The position numbers were made by a program, and so were the translations under genes. Of a DNA stretch of 58,509 nt, positions 37,552 through 45,787 are shown piece by piece (position 1 is the first letter of the stretch; every line of letters begins with the position of its first letter). The DNA lies in the IMG/VR virus record IMGVR_UViG_3300005611_000027, positions 1-58,509 of that record. One strand, 5' to 3'. The DNA comes from a virus (taxonomy: Duplodnaviria; Caudoviricetes). The notes under the pieces were generated by a model, which did not search any database, was not told the origin of the DNA, and saw nothing but the letters and a program-made list of their open reading frames with translations.

Positions 37552-37749
37552 ATGAGCGAATACAAACCCTGCATGTTGCGTCTGCGTATTGAGACGCACC
37601 AGATGTTGCGCGATGCAGTTGGAAAAAGTTCACACCGCAGCATGTCTGCGCTGGCAGATGAGATACTGCATGTCGAGTTGGCGCGTCTATCGGAGACGCA
37701 AGAAACGCGAAGCGGCATTGACCGCATGATTAAAGCTGCCAACAAATGA
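37552..37749 (+). CDS. Ribbon-helix-helix regulator
   Basis: CMLRLRIETHQML.......RSMSALADEIL; divergent from leftward operon. Confidence 0.7.
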   Translation: MSEYKPCMLRLRIETHQMLRDAVGKSSHRSMSALADEILHVELARLSETQETRSGIDRMIKAANK

Positions 37750-38291
37750 AGATGCTGCGTAACACAGGCCGCGCACCACGGGACTTCTATCCCACGCCGC
37801 ATAGCATCATCGAGGTCATCCTCGACAAGCTAGGATGGGAACCCCAAACGATCTGGGAGCCCTGCGCCGGGGACGGACGGTTCGCCAAAGCCATCACCGC
37901 AGCAGGGCATGACTGCATCTCTCACGATATCGCCACGGGCCATGATTTCTTTTCGTGGGGAAAAGCAGAAGCTCCCGCCCTCATAACCAATCCGCCATTC
38001 AACAAGATCCGCCCCTTCATCGATCACGCCTTCGATATCGGTGTGCAACGGATGGTGCTCGTCACGAACGAGCGCCTCTGGGCATGCGGCAAGGGTTACC
38101 AGCAATGGAACAGACACCGGCCTTCACGGTTCACGAACCTGACGTGGCGAGAAGATTACCTCAACAAAGGAGGCGCGCCCGACCGAGCGCTGGCCGTGTG
38201 CATCTGGGACGAGCCCCACGCTCCGTCCTGCCGCTACGAAATCTGGGATAAGATTGCACCGGCGGAAAGTCACCCACCGGCAGCACCATGA
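37746..38291 (+). CDS. DNA amino-methyltransferase (N6-adenine type)
   Basis: DFYPTP, WEPCAGDG (motif I), ITNPPF (motif IV). Confidence 0.85.
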   Translation: MKMLRNTGRAPRDFYPTPHSIIEVILDKLGWEPQTIWEPCAGDGRFAKAITAAGHDCISHDIATGHDFFSWGKAEAPALITNPPFNKIRPFIDHAFDIGVQRMVLVTNERLWACGKGYQQWNRHRPSRFTNLTWREDYLNKGGAPDRALAVCIWDEPHAPSCRYEIWDKIAPAESHPPAAP

Positions 38292-38723
38292 GACCGTACT
38301 ACGAGAACCAGCGCGATCTGACCAACGAGAATTTGGTCGCCACGGCACTGAAAGAGAAGGGCCTCGACTTCGTGAAAATGCCCGTAAGTTATCGCCTTGA
38401 TTTCGCCATGTTACACAAAGGTAAGGTTCGCGGGTTTGCGGAGGTAAAGACGCGAAACAACCGACACGACAAATATCCCACGCTGATGATTTCGCTGGGA
38501 AAGGTCATGGCCGCACGCCAACTGTCAGAAGCGACAGGAACTCGGTCCATTTTATTTGTAAAATTTCTAGATGGACTGTACTGGTGCGATTTCGCATCGC
38601 CCTTCAACTTGGAAATAGGGGGCAGGAAAGACCGTCAGGACGACGCCGACATCGAACCTGTCGCGCATTTTGCAATATCGGCATTCCGAAGGTTTGGAAA
38701 GTCACCGGCGGAAAGTCACCCAC
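38257..38723 (+). repeat. 21-bp direct repeat flanking nuclease gene
   Basis: CACCGGCGGAAAGTCACCCAC at 38257-38277 and 38703-38723. Confidence 0.9.
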
Positions 38724-38740
38724 TGGAGAAAGACACATGA
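38288..38740 (+). CDS. PD-(D/E)xK nuclease
   Basis: LDFA.......FAEVKTR...YPTLMISLGK...R.DR.D..DIEP. Confidence 0.75.
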   Translation: MRPYYENQRDLTNENLVATALKEKGLDFVKMPVSYRLDFAMLHKGKVRGFAEVKTRNNRHDKYPTLMISLGKVMAARQLSEATGTRSILFVKFLDGLYWCDFASPFNLEIGGRKDRQDDADIEPVAHFAISAFRRFGKSPAESHPLEKDT

Positions 38741-38907
38741 ACACACCTTTAGATTACAAACCTTGGTACACGGCCCTCGTGCCTTGCGACTTCTGCGGGC
38801 AACTAACGCGTGGGCGAGTTTACGACGGTGCGAATCAAGTGGTCTGCGGTTCGTGCAACACGGTCCTCGTAGACGACGTTGAAAAAGCGAGACCCGATTG
38901 GGGTTAA
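38737..38907 (+). CDS. Small Zn-ribbon protein
   Basis: CDFCG...CGSC; GGAG RBS. Confidence 0.65.
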   Translation: MNTPLDYKPWYTALVPCDFCGQLTRGRVYDGANQVVCGSCNTVLVDDVEKARPDWG

Positions 38908-38914
38908 TTTTTAT

Positions 38915-38944
38915 TTGACATTCTCCCATAGCAGGCCATAAGAT
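38915..38944 (+). promoter_or_regulatory. Sigma70-like promoter
   Basis: TTGACA-18-TAAGAT containing TCCCATA. Confidence 0.55.
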
Positions 38945-38972
38945 GCCTGCGTCTATAACAGAGGAGTCAGAT

Positions 38973-39218
38973 ATGACCGAAACAAAAAGGAAGCGGGGAC
39001 GCCCCCGCAAAGATCGCATCACCGGCACGGTAACGTGGGCCCACAAGGAAGAGGTCAGCGTACCTGAGTTCCTGCGGCGGCTCGACAATCTACTGGGAAG
39101 CCCGATCAATCAGATGATGGATTGCGACGGCGACCTGTTCATGTCGGAATACCAGAAGCTGATACAGGCCCGCTACATGCTATCGAACGTGGTTCTAGAG
39201 ATAGAAGCCAAGGGATAA
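38973..39218 (+). CDS. Small protein with AT-hook
   Basis: KRKRGRPRK; GAGGAG RBS. Confidence 0.7.
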   Translation: MTETKRKRGRPRKDRITGTVTWAHKEEVSVPEFLRRLDNLLGSPINQMMDCDGDLFMSEYQKLIQARYMLSNVVLEIEAKG

Positions 39219-39221
39219 ACG

Positions 39222-39254
39222 AAAGGGGCCGTGAGTAACTCACGGCCCCTTTTA
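39222..39254. terminator. Bidirectional intrinsic terminator
   Basis: AAAGGGGCCGTGAG-TAA-CTCACGGCCCCTTT between convergent ORFs. Confidence 0.85.
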
Positions 39255-39356
39255 CTTCGCCTTGATGTCCCAGCTAAACGTCAGGCCATCAAACGAAACA
39301 CCATCCTTAGAAAACGTGATGGTGCCGAATAGCGTTTTCAGCACGAGCGGTTCCAT
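39252..39356 (-). CDS. 34-aa peptide MEPLVLKTLFGTITFSKDGVSFDGLTFSWDIKAK
   Basis: G-rich RBS, ends at terminator. Confidence 0.4.
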   Translation of the reverse strand: MEPLVLKTLFGTITFSKDGVSFDGLTFSWDIKAK

Positions 39357-39486
39357 AAGCCACTACCCCCTTCTTAACGAAAGACCACAAACCAGCAAGC
39401 TTGTGCCGGTAACCGGCAGCGATGCCGACGGCGATGCCGCGGTCCGAGATAAAAACATCAAAAGCGATGCCTGTGAGAAATGTCAT
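39307..39486 (-). CDS. 59-aa hypothetical protein
   Basis: AAGGAG RBS and TTGCAC-17-TATATC upstream on the minus strand. Confidence 0.55.
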   Translation of the reverse strand: MTFLTGIAFDVFISDRGIAVGIAAGYRHKLAGLWSFVKKGVVAYGTARAENAIRHHHVF

Positions 39487-39526
39487 GTCAGTAATCTCCT
39501 TCCCCGATGATATAAGCCCTTCTATT

Positions 39527-39712
39527 GTGCAGTGCAACATAAATCCCCATGACCCCAGAACATGGCAGACCCAAGCCAGCCTCAGACGCGAGCTGCAACG
39601 CGCTGCCGACGACGCAGCATGGACGGGCGACATGGCACGAGCCGCGGCCCTCGATACACGGCTCACGGCCCTCGAGCCAGAGCTCGATCACGAGCTCGTC
39701 GTGCCGTTTTAA
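39527..39712 (+). CDS. Small hypothetical protein (start uncertain)
   Basis: DPRTW...DDAAW.GD...ELVVPF. Confidence 0.4.
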   Translation: MQCNINPHDPRTWQTQASLRRELQRAADDAAWTGDMARAAALDTRLTALEPELDHELVVPF

Positions 39713-39768
39713 AATCGTTCTAATCTGGGGTCTGGATAAGTCCTTGAAATATAAGAGATAATTAGTTG

Positions 39769-39797
39769 TTGACTGAATCGATAGTATGGGATATGAT
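39769..39797 (+). promoter_or_regulatory. Strong sigma70-like early promoter
   Basis: TTGACT-17-TATGAT with AT-rich upstream element. Confidence 0.8.
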
Positions 39798-39932
39798 AGG
39801 ACATAATAAGAAGAGGCGACAAAAGCGCCGCGCTGTTGGACATCGTAAATCGGAACTACTCAGATGAGCCGTGGGCCTCAACCGGCAGCGATGCCGTATG
39901 ACGCTTTTCGCGTTTCACACAAGGAGTCACCT

Positions 39933-40664
39933 ATGGCAAAACTGAAACTGAGAGCCATCAAAGATGGCAAAGACAAAAACCGGTATTGCGGGCCGTCCGT
40001 GATATCGGCACTGACCGACCTGACGACCGGGGAAGCTGCAAGGCTGATACGGAAGCAGAACGGTCGCCAAGCAATCCGGGGCTCGTACACTCACGAGGTT
40101 CTGGACGCACTTCGATCTTGCAACATTCAGGCTCGCCGATGGGAAAAGCCCGGCGTTCGATTAAATCGGAAGACCGGGCCCACGCTTGCCGGATGGCTGA
40201 AGATGTCGAAGGAAGATCGGACCCCCGGTCGCGTCTTCCTCATCGTCGCCGGATGGCACTGGCAACTCGTCAGCGGTCGGCGCTACACCTGCGGTCGGAT
40301 ACGAGATATCGTATCGATCAAAGACAAGCGGGTGAAGCGGAGGGCACGGGTCGCAGAGGTCTACGAGCTGACCTCGGACAACGTGACCAAGCCGGACATC
40401 GCTGTGTCAAAGCCCAAGTCAAAGTCCAACCCCTGTTACTACCGGGTCAGGAAACTTACCCAGCAGTACCCGGAGTTCGATCTGACCTACGAAAAAGATG
40501 ACTTGGGCTACTACGTTGCAATGAGCGAAGAGCTCGAACAGCACGCTTTGGACACTCAACACCCCCTATGCGACGAGCATTATTGCTACGATATGGGGGA
40601 AGTCGCACAGCGTATGGAGGAAATGGTGGCGTTCGCAAAGGAGCACTACCCAAAGATAAAGTAA
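39933..40664 (+). CDS. Putative papain-fold (C39-like) cysteine peptidase-domain protein
   Basis: YCGPSVISAL...RGSY..EV..AL...FLIVAGWHWQLV; CACAAGGAGTCA leader. Confidence 0.5.
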   Translation: MAKLKLRAIKDGKDKNRYCGPSVISALTDLTTGEAARLIRKQNGRQAIRGSYTHEVLDALRSCNIQARRWEKPGVRLNRKTGPTLAGWLKMSKEDRTPGRVFLIVAGWHWQLVSGRRYTCGRIRDIVSIKDKRVKRRARVAEVYELTSDNVTKPDIAVSKPKSKSNPCYYRVRKLTQQYPEFDLTYEKDDLGYYVAMSEELEQHALDTQHPLCDEHYCYDMGEVAQRMEEMVAFAKEHYPKIK

Positions 40665-40744
40665 CATGAGCCACGGCCCACGGTTCTTCTGAGTAGTCCC
40701 GAAAACGGGAAAGATAAGCAGGATCAAGGGGTTAGGCCCAAAAC

Positions 40745-40995
40745 AGGGCTTCACGGGCCGGGTTACAAAAAACGGAAACGGTTATATATAGCTCCCAGAT
40801 TATTTTTTTTATTTTTTCATAAACTACCCGTAACCAGTGTAACCGTGTAACTAGTATAGGTAACCCTATATAATATATAGATTCTTAGGGTACATATTAG
40901 CAGTTACACCTTGAATCCAATAATGTAACCATATGTAGAACCCAAATCGGGCTTAATGGCATCTGAGCCGGAAAAAAATATTTTTCAAATTCCTG
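40745..40995. other. AT-rich non-coding region with GTAAC/GTTAC iterons (origin or pac candidate)
   Basis: About 7 GTAAC/GTTAC copies, CTATATAATATATAG near-palindrome, T-tracts, directly before terS. Confidence 0.55.
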
Positions 40996-41053
40996 ACTAT
41001 ATACACCGGGACGGGCTTTGGTATAGGATGTACGCCAATTAACTGCCCACAGG

Positions 41054-41662
41054 ATGCCGATGAAAAACAGACCCCACAAGGCCAAGAGCCGAGAGCTTAT
41101 TGACCGCCCCCTGACCCGGAAGCAGGAACTGTTCGTGAAGGAGCTTGTTTCCAAGGACGGCCAGATCACAATGCGTGAGGCGGCCATCAATGCTGGGTAC
41201 AGCGCAGGCGCTGCCCACACCCGAGCTTACGAGCTCACCAACCCCCACATCTCCCCGCATGTATGCAAGGCGATCCGTGAATACCGGGCCGAGCTCGATG
41301 AGAAGTACGGCGTCAGCTATCGCCGCCACCTCCGTGACCTTCAGACCATCCGGGATATGGCTTTGCAGAACGGCGCTTACAGCGCTGCGGTACAAGCCGA
41401 GTATCGGCGCGGTCAGGCGCAGGGAGATATCTACGTTAGTAAGTCCGAGATCAGACACGGCAGCATTGACTCGATGTCGAAGGACGAAGTCATGCGAGCC
41501 TTGGAGGAGATTAAGCAAAGCTATGCCCCGATCACCATCGATGTTACCCCGGAGTCCGAACCAAATGCCTCGAACCGCTCTAAAGCGAGAGAGCGGCTTT
41601 TATCGTCAGGTGAAGGAGGCGATGAAGAGGTACTCGACGAAACTGATCCCGACGAGGATTGA
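41054..41662 (+). CDS. terS: Terminase small subunit
   Basis: LTRKQELFVKE...EAAINAGYS...A...A.EL HTH. Confidence 0.85.
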   Translation: MPMKNRPHKAKSRELIDRPLTRKQELFVKELVSKDGQITMREAAINAGYSAGAAHTRAYELTNPHISPHVCKAIREYRAELDEKYGVSYRRHLRDLQTIRDMALQNGAYSAAVQAEYRRGQAQGDIYVSKSEIRHGSIDSMSKDEVMRALEEIKQSYAPITIDVTPESEPNASNRSKARERLLSSGEGGDEEVLDETDPDED

Positions 41663-42005
41663 AACATGGGCGATGCCCGGCGTTCCCGACCTCATGGTTT
41701 GTGACACCGAGGGCCGCTTTCATCTGATCGAGCTCAAAGCCACCACGAACCATGCGGTCGAGCTCCGCCCGCATCAGGTGTCCTTCCTGACCAAGCATCA
41801 GCATGCGTCCTGTTGGATACTGGTGAAGCGGCAGCGGGTGATGACTGACCCCGCTCAAGTCTATCTGTATCCTGCCCGGCAGGCCGTCGATCTCCGCATG
41901 GAAGGTCTGGACAAGGTCAACCCGGCAGCGCTCGAGGAAGAGCCCGTAAACTGGTCTAACATTTTCCGGTTGATCTTTGGGCCGGGGTCCGATAAAAGCG
42001 CATAG
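41565..42005 (+). CDS. VRR-NUC / Holliday-junction-resolvase-like nuclease
   Basis: RIETWAMPGVPDL.......LIELK......LRPHQV.F. Confidence 0.8.
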   Translation: MPRTALKRESGFYRQVKEAMKRYSTKLIPTRIETWAMPGVPDLMVCDTEGRFHLIELKATTNHAVELRPHQVSFLTKHQHASCWILVKRQRVMTDPAQVYLYPARQAVDLRMEGLDKVNPAALEEEPVNWSNIFRLIFGPGSDKSA

Positions 42006-42029
42006 TCCAACTAACCAAGGAGTCAGGAC

Positions 42030-42245
42030 ATGAACTATCGAATCTATTTTACTTTCCCGGCAGGAGACCGGGCCACCAACGCGCAGGTGTTTGCAACTCG
42101 TGAGGAAGCGTTGAACAGCGCCGCCGACCGGTTCGCGGCATGGACCATGCCGACAGGTTATGAGGTCGAGGAGACCGAAGACCCGGTCACCTATCAGTGG
42201 AACCGAGATGAGGGGGACGTTCCTATCGACCGGGCCGCGGCATGA
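42030..42245 (+). CDS. Small cassette protein
   Basis: NAQVFATREEA..SA...F..W; CAAGGAGTCA leader. Confidence 0.75.
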   Translation: MNYRIYFTFPAGDRATNAQVFATREEALNSAADRFAAWTMPTGYEVEETEDPVTYQWNRDEGDVPIDRAAA

Positions 42246-42364
42246 GAGAACCCCTTCCCCTTTCCGTTGTTAAGCGGCTGGACCGTGTCGTCACCATACT
42301 GTTCGCCACCTTCGCTTTTGTGTCGTACCTGTACCTGTACGATCTTACCTTCAACTTGTTCTAA
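42242..42364 (+). CDS. 40-aa single-TM peptide
   Basis: MREPLPLSVVKRLDRVVTILFATFAFVSYLYLYDLTFNLF; ATGA coupling. Confidence 0.5.
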   Translation: MREPLPLSVVKRLDRVVTILFATFAFVSYLYLYDLTFNLF

Positions 42365-42375
42365 GGAGAGAACGC

Positions 42376-42480
42376 ATGTTTCTATTTACGTTGATCGGTC
42401 GCTTGCTCTATGGCTCCGATTATGATGATCTAGCGCGCCGAGCTAACAGTCGCCCGGTCCGCCGTCGCAGACGCCGATAA
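42376..42480 (+). CDS. 34-aa peptide with hydrophobic N-terminus and poly-Arg tail
   Basis: MFLFTLIGRLLYGSDYDDLARRANSRPVRRRRRR; AAGGAG RBS. Confidence 0.65.
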   Translation: MFLFTLIGRLLYGSDYDDLARRANSRPVRRRRRR

Positions 42481-42505
42481 CAACCCGTTTCCTTGTGTGA
42501 GAACT

Positions 42506-42535
42506 AGCGCCGCCTCGAGCGGCGCTTTTTTTATT
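42506..42535 (+). terminator. Intrinsic terminator
   Basis: AGCGCCGC-CTCGA-GCGGCGCT-TTTTTT. Confidence 0.85.
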
Positions 42536-42619
42536 TAGAAGAGGGGTTGTGCGGCATGCGTTTATGTGCGAGAAGATGGGTGCGGCACTTCCGCCGCATG
42601 CCAACAAGGAGACAAACCA

Positions 42620-43744
42620 ATGGCACATGAACTTGATTTTTCCGCAGACGGTCGCGTTGCAATGGCTTACCTGAACGGCGATCAGCCGCCGTGGCACGCT
42701 AACGAAACCCGCCCGCAGATTGTGGACCCCGGCGCGGACATCGATGTCTGGGCCGAGGCCGCTGGCCTGAATTACCAGATCGAGGTCGCCCCGAACTACA
42801 AGGCGGACGGCACAGTAATTGAGGACTCTTTTCACATTGCCCGGACTGACACCGGGGCGGTGGTCGGACCGTACATCGCCGGACAATGGCGTCCTGTTCA
42901 GAACGCCGAGGCGCTCGAGCTTGCGGACAATATCCGCCGCCGTCACGGCTATGAGATTGTGACCGCCGGAGCGTTGTTTGGCGGCTCTAAAATATGGGTG
43001 CAGCTTGAGGCGGACGCCGACGCCGTGCTTCCGGGCGAGGACCGGATCACGTCACGGCCCCTGTTCAGTCTGTCGCACACCGGGCGCGAGGCCAACTTGT
43101 TTACCGCCGTTAACACCCGCGTGGTTTGCAATAACACCCTGACCGCCGCGCTGGCCGAGGGCACCGATTGCGAGCGCCACGATCACCGGGTGGCGTTCGA
43201 CCCCGACGCGATTGAAACCGCGCTTGGCCTTAACGCGGACAAGTTCGGCGTGTTCACCGATATCGCCCGCCGCATGGCGTCCCGTGCTATGACAGACGCC
43301 GAGGCGCTCGAGTATTTCCGGGGCGTGTTTGGCGGCAAGGAAAAGATCGATGAGTCCGGTCGCGTCCTGCATAGCGTGGCGGTCCGCCGGGCAATGGCGT
43401 TCCATCGCGGGCAGGACTTTGTGCCGGTTGGCAAGGATAACGCGGCGGACGTTGCGCTGTATGTCTCCGACCGGCTCGATCAAATCGCCCGGGGCGCGGC
43501 GGTTGATCTGCCCGCCGACGTTACGAACGATCCGGCCCCCGGTATCAACCCCGGGCACGATATGGAGTCGGCACGCGGCACCTTGTGGGGCGCGTTCAAC
43601 ACCGTGACTTGGCTGGCCGATCAGCGCCCGACAAAAAACCGGGGCGCGGATCATGGCATTGCGTCGAATCTTTTCGGCGACGGCACGGGCGGCAAGCTTA
43701 AAGCTAAGGCGCACACTAAGGCGCTCGAGCTTTTGGCCGCCTAA
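42620..43744 (+). CDS. DUF932-family protein
   Basis: WRPVQNAEA, TAGALFGG.KIW, LSHTG, RVVCNNTL, GTLWGAFN.VT...D. Confidence 0.88.
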   Translation: MAHELDFSADGRVAMAYLNGDQPPWHANETRPQIVDPGADIDVWAEAAGLNYQIEVAPNYKADGTVIEDSFHIARTDTGAVVGPYIAGQWRPVQNAEALELADNIRRRHGYEIVTAGALFGGSKIWVQLEADADAVLPGEDRITSRPLFSLSHTGREANLFTAVNTRVVCNNTLTAALAEGTDCERHDHRVAFDPDAIETALGLNADKFGVFTDIARRMASRAMTDAEALEYFRGVFGGKEKIDESGRVLHSVAVRRAMAFHRGQDFVPVGKDNAADVALYVSDRLDQIARGAAVDLPADVTNDPAPGINPGHDMESARGTLWGAFNTVTWLADQRPTKNRGADHGIASNLFGDGTGGKLKAKAHTKALELLAA

Positions 43745-43767
43745 CCCGCCGCCTCATAACTAATAGA

Positions 43768-43800
43768 ACCGCCCGGCCCCGCGCCGGGCGTTTTTTTATT
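43768..43800 (+). terminator. Cassette terminator (shared hairpin family)
   Basis: CGCCCGG-CCCCGCG-CCGGGCG-TTTTTTT. Confidence 0.88.
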
Positions 43801-43860
43801 GTGCAAAGATAAGCGGGCGCGGTATAAGACAAATCCCACAACACACAAGGAGTCAAAACA

Positions 43861-44532
43861 ATGGCGAATTATTCCCTAACCCGTAAATCCTCGAATAAGA
43901 AAACCGGCCCGATTCCCGTTAGCACGACAAGCGCGGACACTTGCCCGGCGGCTTGCCCTTTTAAGGGCGCGGGATGTTATGCGGACGGTTATCCCTTAAA
44001 GGGGCGCTGGGATGAAGTGACCCGGGGCGAACGCGGCGGGACGCTCGAGCAATTTTGCGCGGACGTTGCGGCGCTGCCCGCCGGGCAATTTTGGCGGCAC
44101 AATCAGGCGGGCGACTTGCCGGGCGACGGCGAGCGCATCGACTCCGCCGGGCTCGCGGCTATCGTCGCGGCGAACAATGGAAAGCGCGGGTTTACGTTCA
44201 CCCACTACAGCCCAGCCCGCAAACGCAACGCCGCCGCAATTCGCAAAGCCAACGCCGCCGGGTTTACCGTTAACCTAAGCGCAAACAATCTCGAGCACGC
44301 CGACGAACTAGCGGCGCTGGACATTGGCCCGGTCGCGGTTGTATTGCCCGCCGCGTTTGACGCTCGCAAAACCACCACCCCGGCAGGCCGCCCGGTCGCG
44401 CAATGCCCGGCAACGTATCGGGAAACAACGTGCGCCGATTGCCAGCTATGCGCCCAACAATCGCGCCGCGTTATTGTTGGTTTTCCCGCTCATGGCGTTC
44501 ACAAGCGCAAGGCGGACGCCGTCGCCGCCTAA
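43861..44532 (+). CDS. Cys-rich putative Fe-S / radical-SAM-like phage protein
   Basis: SSNKKTG...CPAACPF...GCYA, WRHNQAGD, CPA.....C.DC.LC, GFPAHG. Confidence 0.65.
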   Translation: MANYSLTRKSSNKKTGPIPVSTTSADTCPAACPFKGAGCYADGYPLKGRWDEVTRGERGGTLEQFCADVAALPAGQFWRHNQAGDLPGDGERIDSAGLAAIVAANNGKRGFTFTHYSPARKRNAAAIRKANAAGFTVNLSANNLEHADELAALDIGPVAVVLPAAFDARKTTTPAGRPVAQCPATYRETTCADCQLCAQQSRRVIVGFPAHGVHKRKADAVAA

Positions 44533-44555
44533 CTAATCCCCGCCTTGCACCTCGA

Positions 44556-44588
44556 GCCGCCCGGCCCCGCGCCGGGCGGTTTTCGTTT
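44556..44588 (+). terminator. Cassette terminator (shared hairpin family)
   Basis: GCCGCCCGG-CCCCGCG-CCGGGCGGT-TTTCGTTT. Confidence 0.8.
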
Positions 44589-44829
44589 GCGCGTTGCGAT
44601 AGTGAATCAAGGCGCGGCCCGCCGCCCGCCCAGCGCTGAAAGCTACCGTGCGCCGCGTACCGTGGCCCGTGGCGCGTGTTTCGCGGCCCGCCCGGCCCGG
44701 ACCCCGGCCCCCGGCCCAGCGCCCGCCGTGCGCGATCCTAGCGCCTGCCGCTTTGCGCCTTGCATTATGCGCCGCCATATGCGAAAAAATGCGCGCGGCA
44801 TATCCCGCCGCGAAACAAGGAGTCCTGAC

Positions 44830-45042
44830 ATGTGTGAAAATCTAGTTAGTTACTACGTCCCCAGCGGTTTCGATTATCGCGAGGTGCAGACCCGGTGTGG
44901 ATCAACCGACATCCATGGCGAGGAAGCGCTTTGTGACGATTGCGCCGCCGATCCTCGAGCCCGGGCCGAGCATGAGCGCCGCGCCCGACTCAGCGCCGAG
45001 GACAATGCGACGGCCCGCGCCGCTGGATGGGGGGAATACTAA
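44830..45042 (+). CDS. Small Cys-containing cassette protein
   Basis: MCEN.V.YYVP.G.DYRE....CGST..HG....CDDC; ACAAGGAGTC leader. Confidence 0.75.
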   Translation: MCENLVSYYVPSGFDYREVQTRCGSTDIHGEEALCDDCAADPRARAEHERRARLSAEDNATARAAGWGEY

Positions 45043-45239
45043 TGGTCCGGACAATCGACCTAACCCCTAGCTGGGAAACCGCCGTGCAAGTTTATTGCGC
45101 CGTGCTCGAGAATCCGAACGCGTCCCCTGAGGGGCGTGCCACGGCCCGCGATGAAATATACCGCTTGGCCCGGGCGTTTGATCAAATGAACGCCGAACCG
45201 GACGAACCCGAGATTGAATACCTCGAGGCCGTGGACTAG
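45042..45239 (+). CDS. Small cassette protein
   Basis: TIDLTPSW......Y..VLEN......A.DE..RLA...D. Confidence 0.75.
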   Translation: MVRTIDLTPSWETAVQVYCAVLENPNASPEGRATARDEIYRLARAFDQMNAEPDEPEIEYLEAVD

Positions 45240-45262
45240 CGCCCGCCGCCCCCGAACATCGA

Positions 45263-45290
45263 GCCCCGGCCCAGCGCCGGGGTTTTTTGT
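45263..45290 (+). terminator. Cassette terminator (shared hairpin family)
   Basis: GCCCCGG-CCCAGCG-CCGGGGT-TTTTT. Confidence 0.85.
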
Positions 45291-45363
45291 TGTGTCGAGT
45301 CCCGCCCTATGGGATAAATCCCGTGCGGCTCAATCCCGGGCCGCCACACAAGGAGTCAAAAAC

Positions 45364-45735
45364 ATGAGTGAAGCATTCATCCCCCCAGCCCCCGCGACCC
45401 CCGAACCGGAGATCACCGTTCAGGGATTCGGCACGGGCACCCTCGCCGAGATCGAGCACCACATCGCCCAGCTAAAGGATGAGCTGGAGAGCGCCCGCCT
45501 CGAGCTCGAGCTGGCCCGGAAGCGCGAGATCGAGCGCCAGCCCCTAGTCGAGGCGATCCAGCACATCGTGGACCAGAGCCTTGATCGCTGGGTTCTGAGC
45601 GAAGGCCCGCTCGAGGTGCTGGGGGCCATCATCGAGTCATCCGTCGAGGATCAGCTATCATCGTCTATTGACTCCCATATCGAGGCGGCGCTCGAGAATG
45701 CCACGGTTGATGTCGAGGCCTATATCCGGCTGTAA
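45364..45735 (+). CDS. Acidic coiled-coil cassette protein
   Basis: 123 aa, E-rich; CACAAGGAGTCA leader. Confidence 0.75.
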   Translation: MSEAFIPPAPATPEPEITVQGFGTGTLAEIEHHIAQLKDELESARLELELARKREIERQPLVEAIQHIVDQSLDRWVLSEGPLEVLGAIIESSVEDQLSSSIDSHIEAALENATVDVEAYIRL

Positions 45736-45756
45736 CGCCCGCGACCTTTACCAGCG

Positions 45757-45787
45757 ACCCCCGGCCCAGCGCCGGGGGTTTTTTTAT
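45757..45787 (+). terminator. Cassette terminator (shared hairpin family)
   Basis: ACCCCCGG-CCCAGCG-CCGGGGGT-TTTTTT. Confidence 0.88.

Noticed and set aside
39855-39915. Hammerhead ribozyme (CAGATGAG...)
   Set aside because: Core is CAGATGA rather than CTGATGA, and no correctly placed GAAA follows stem II.
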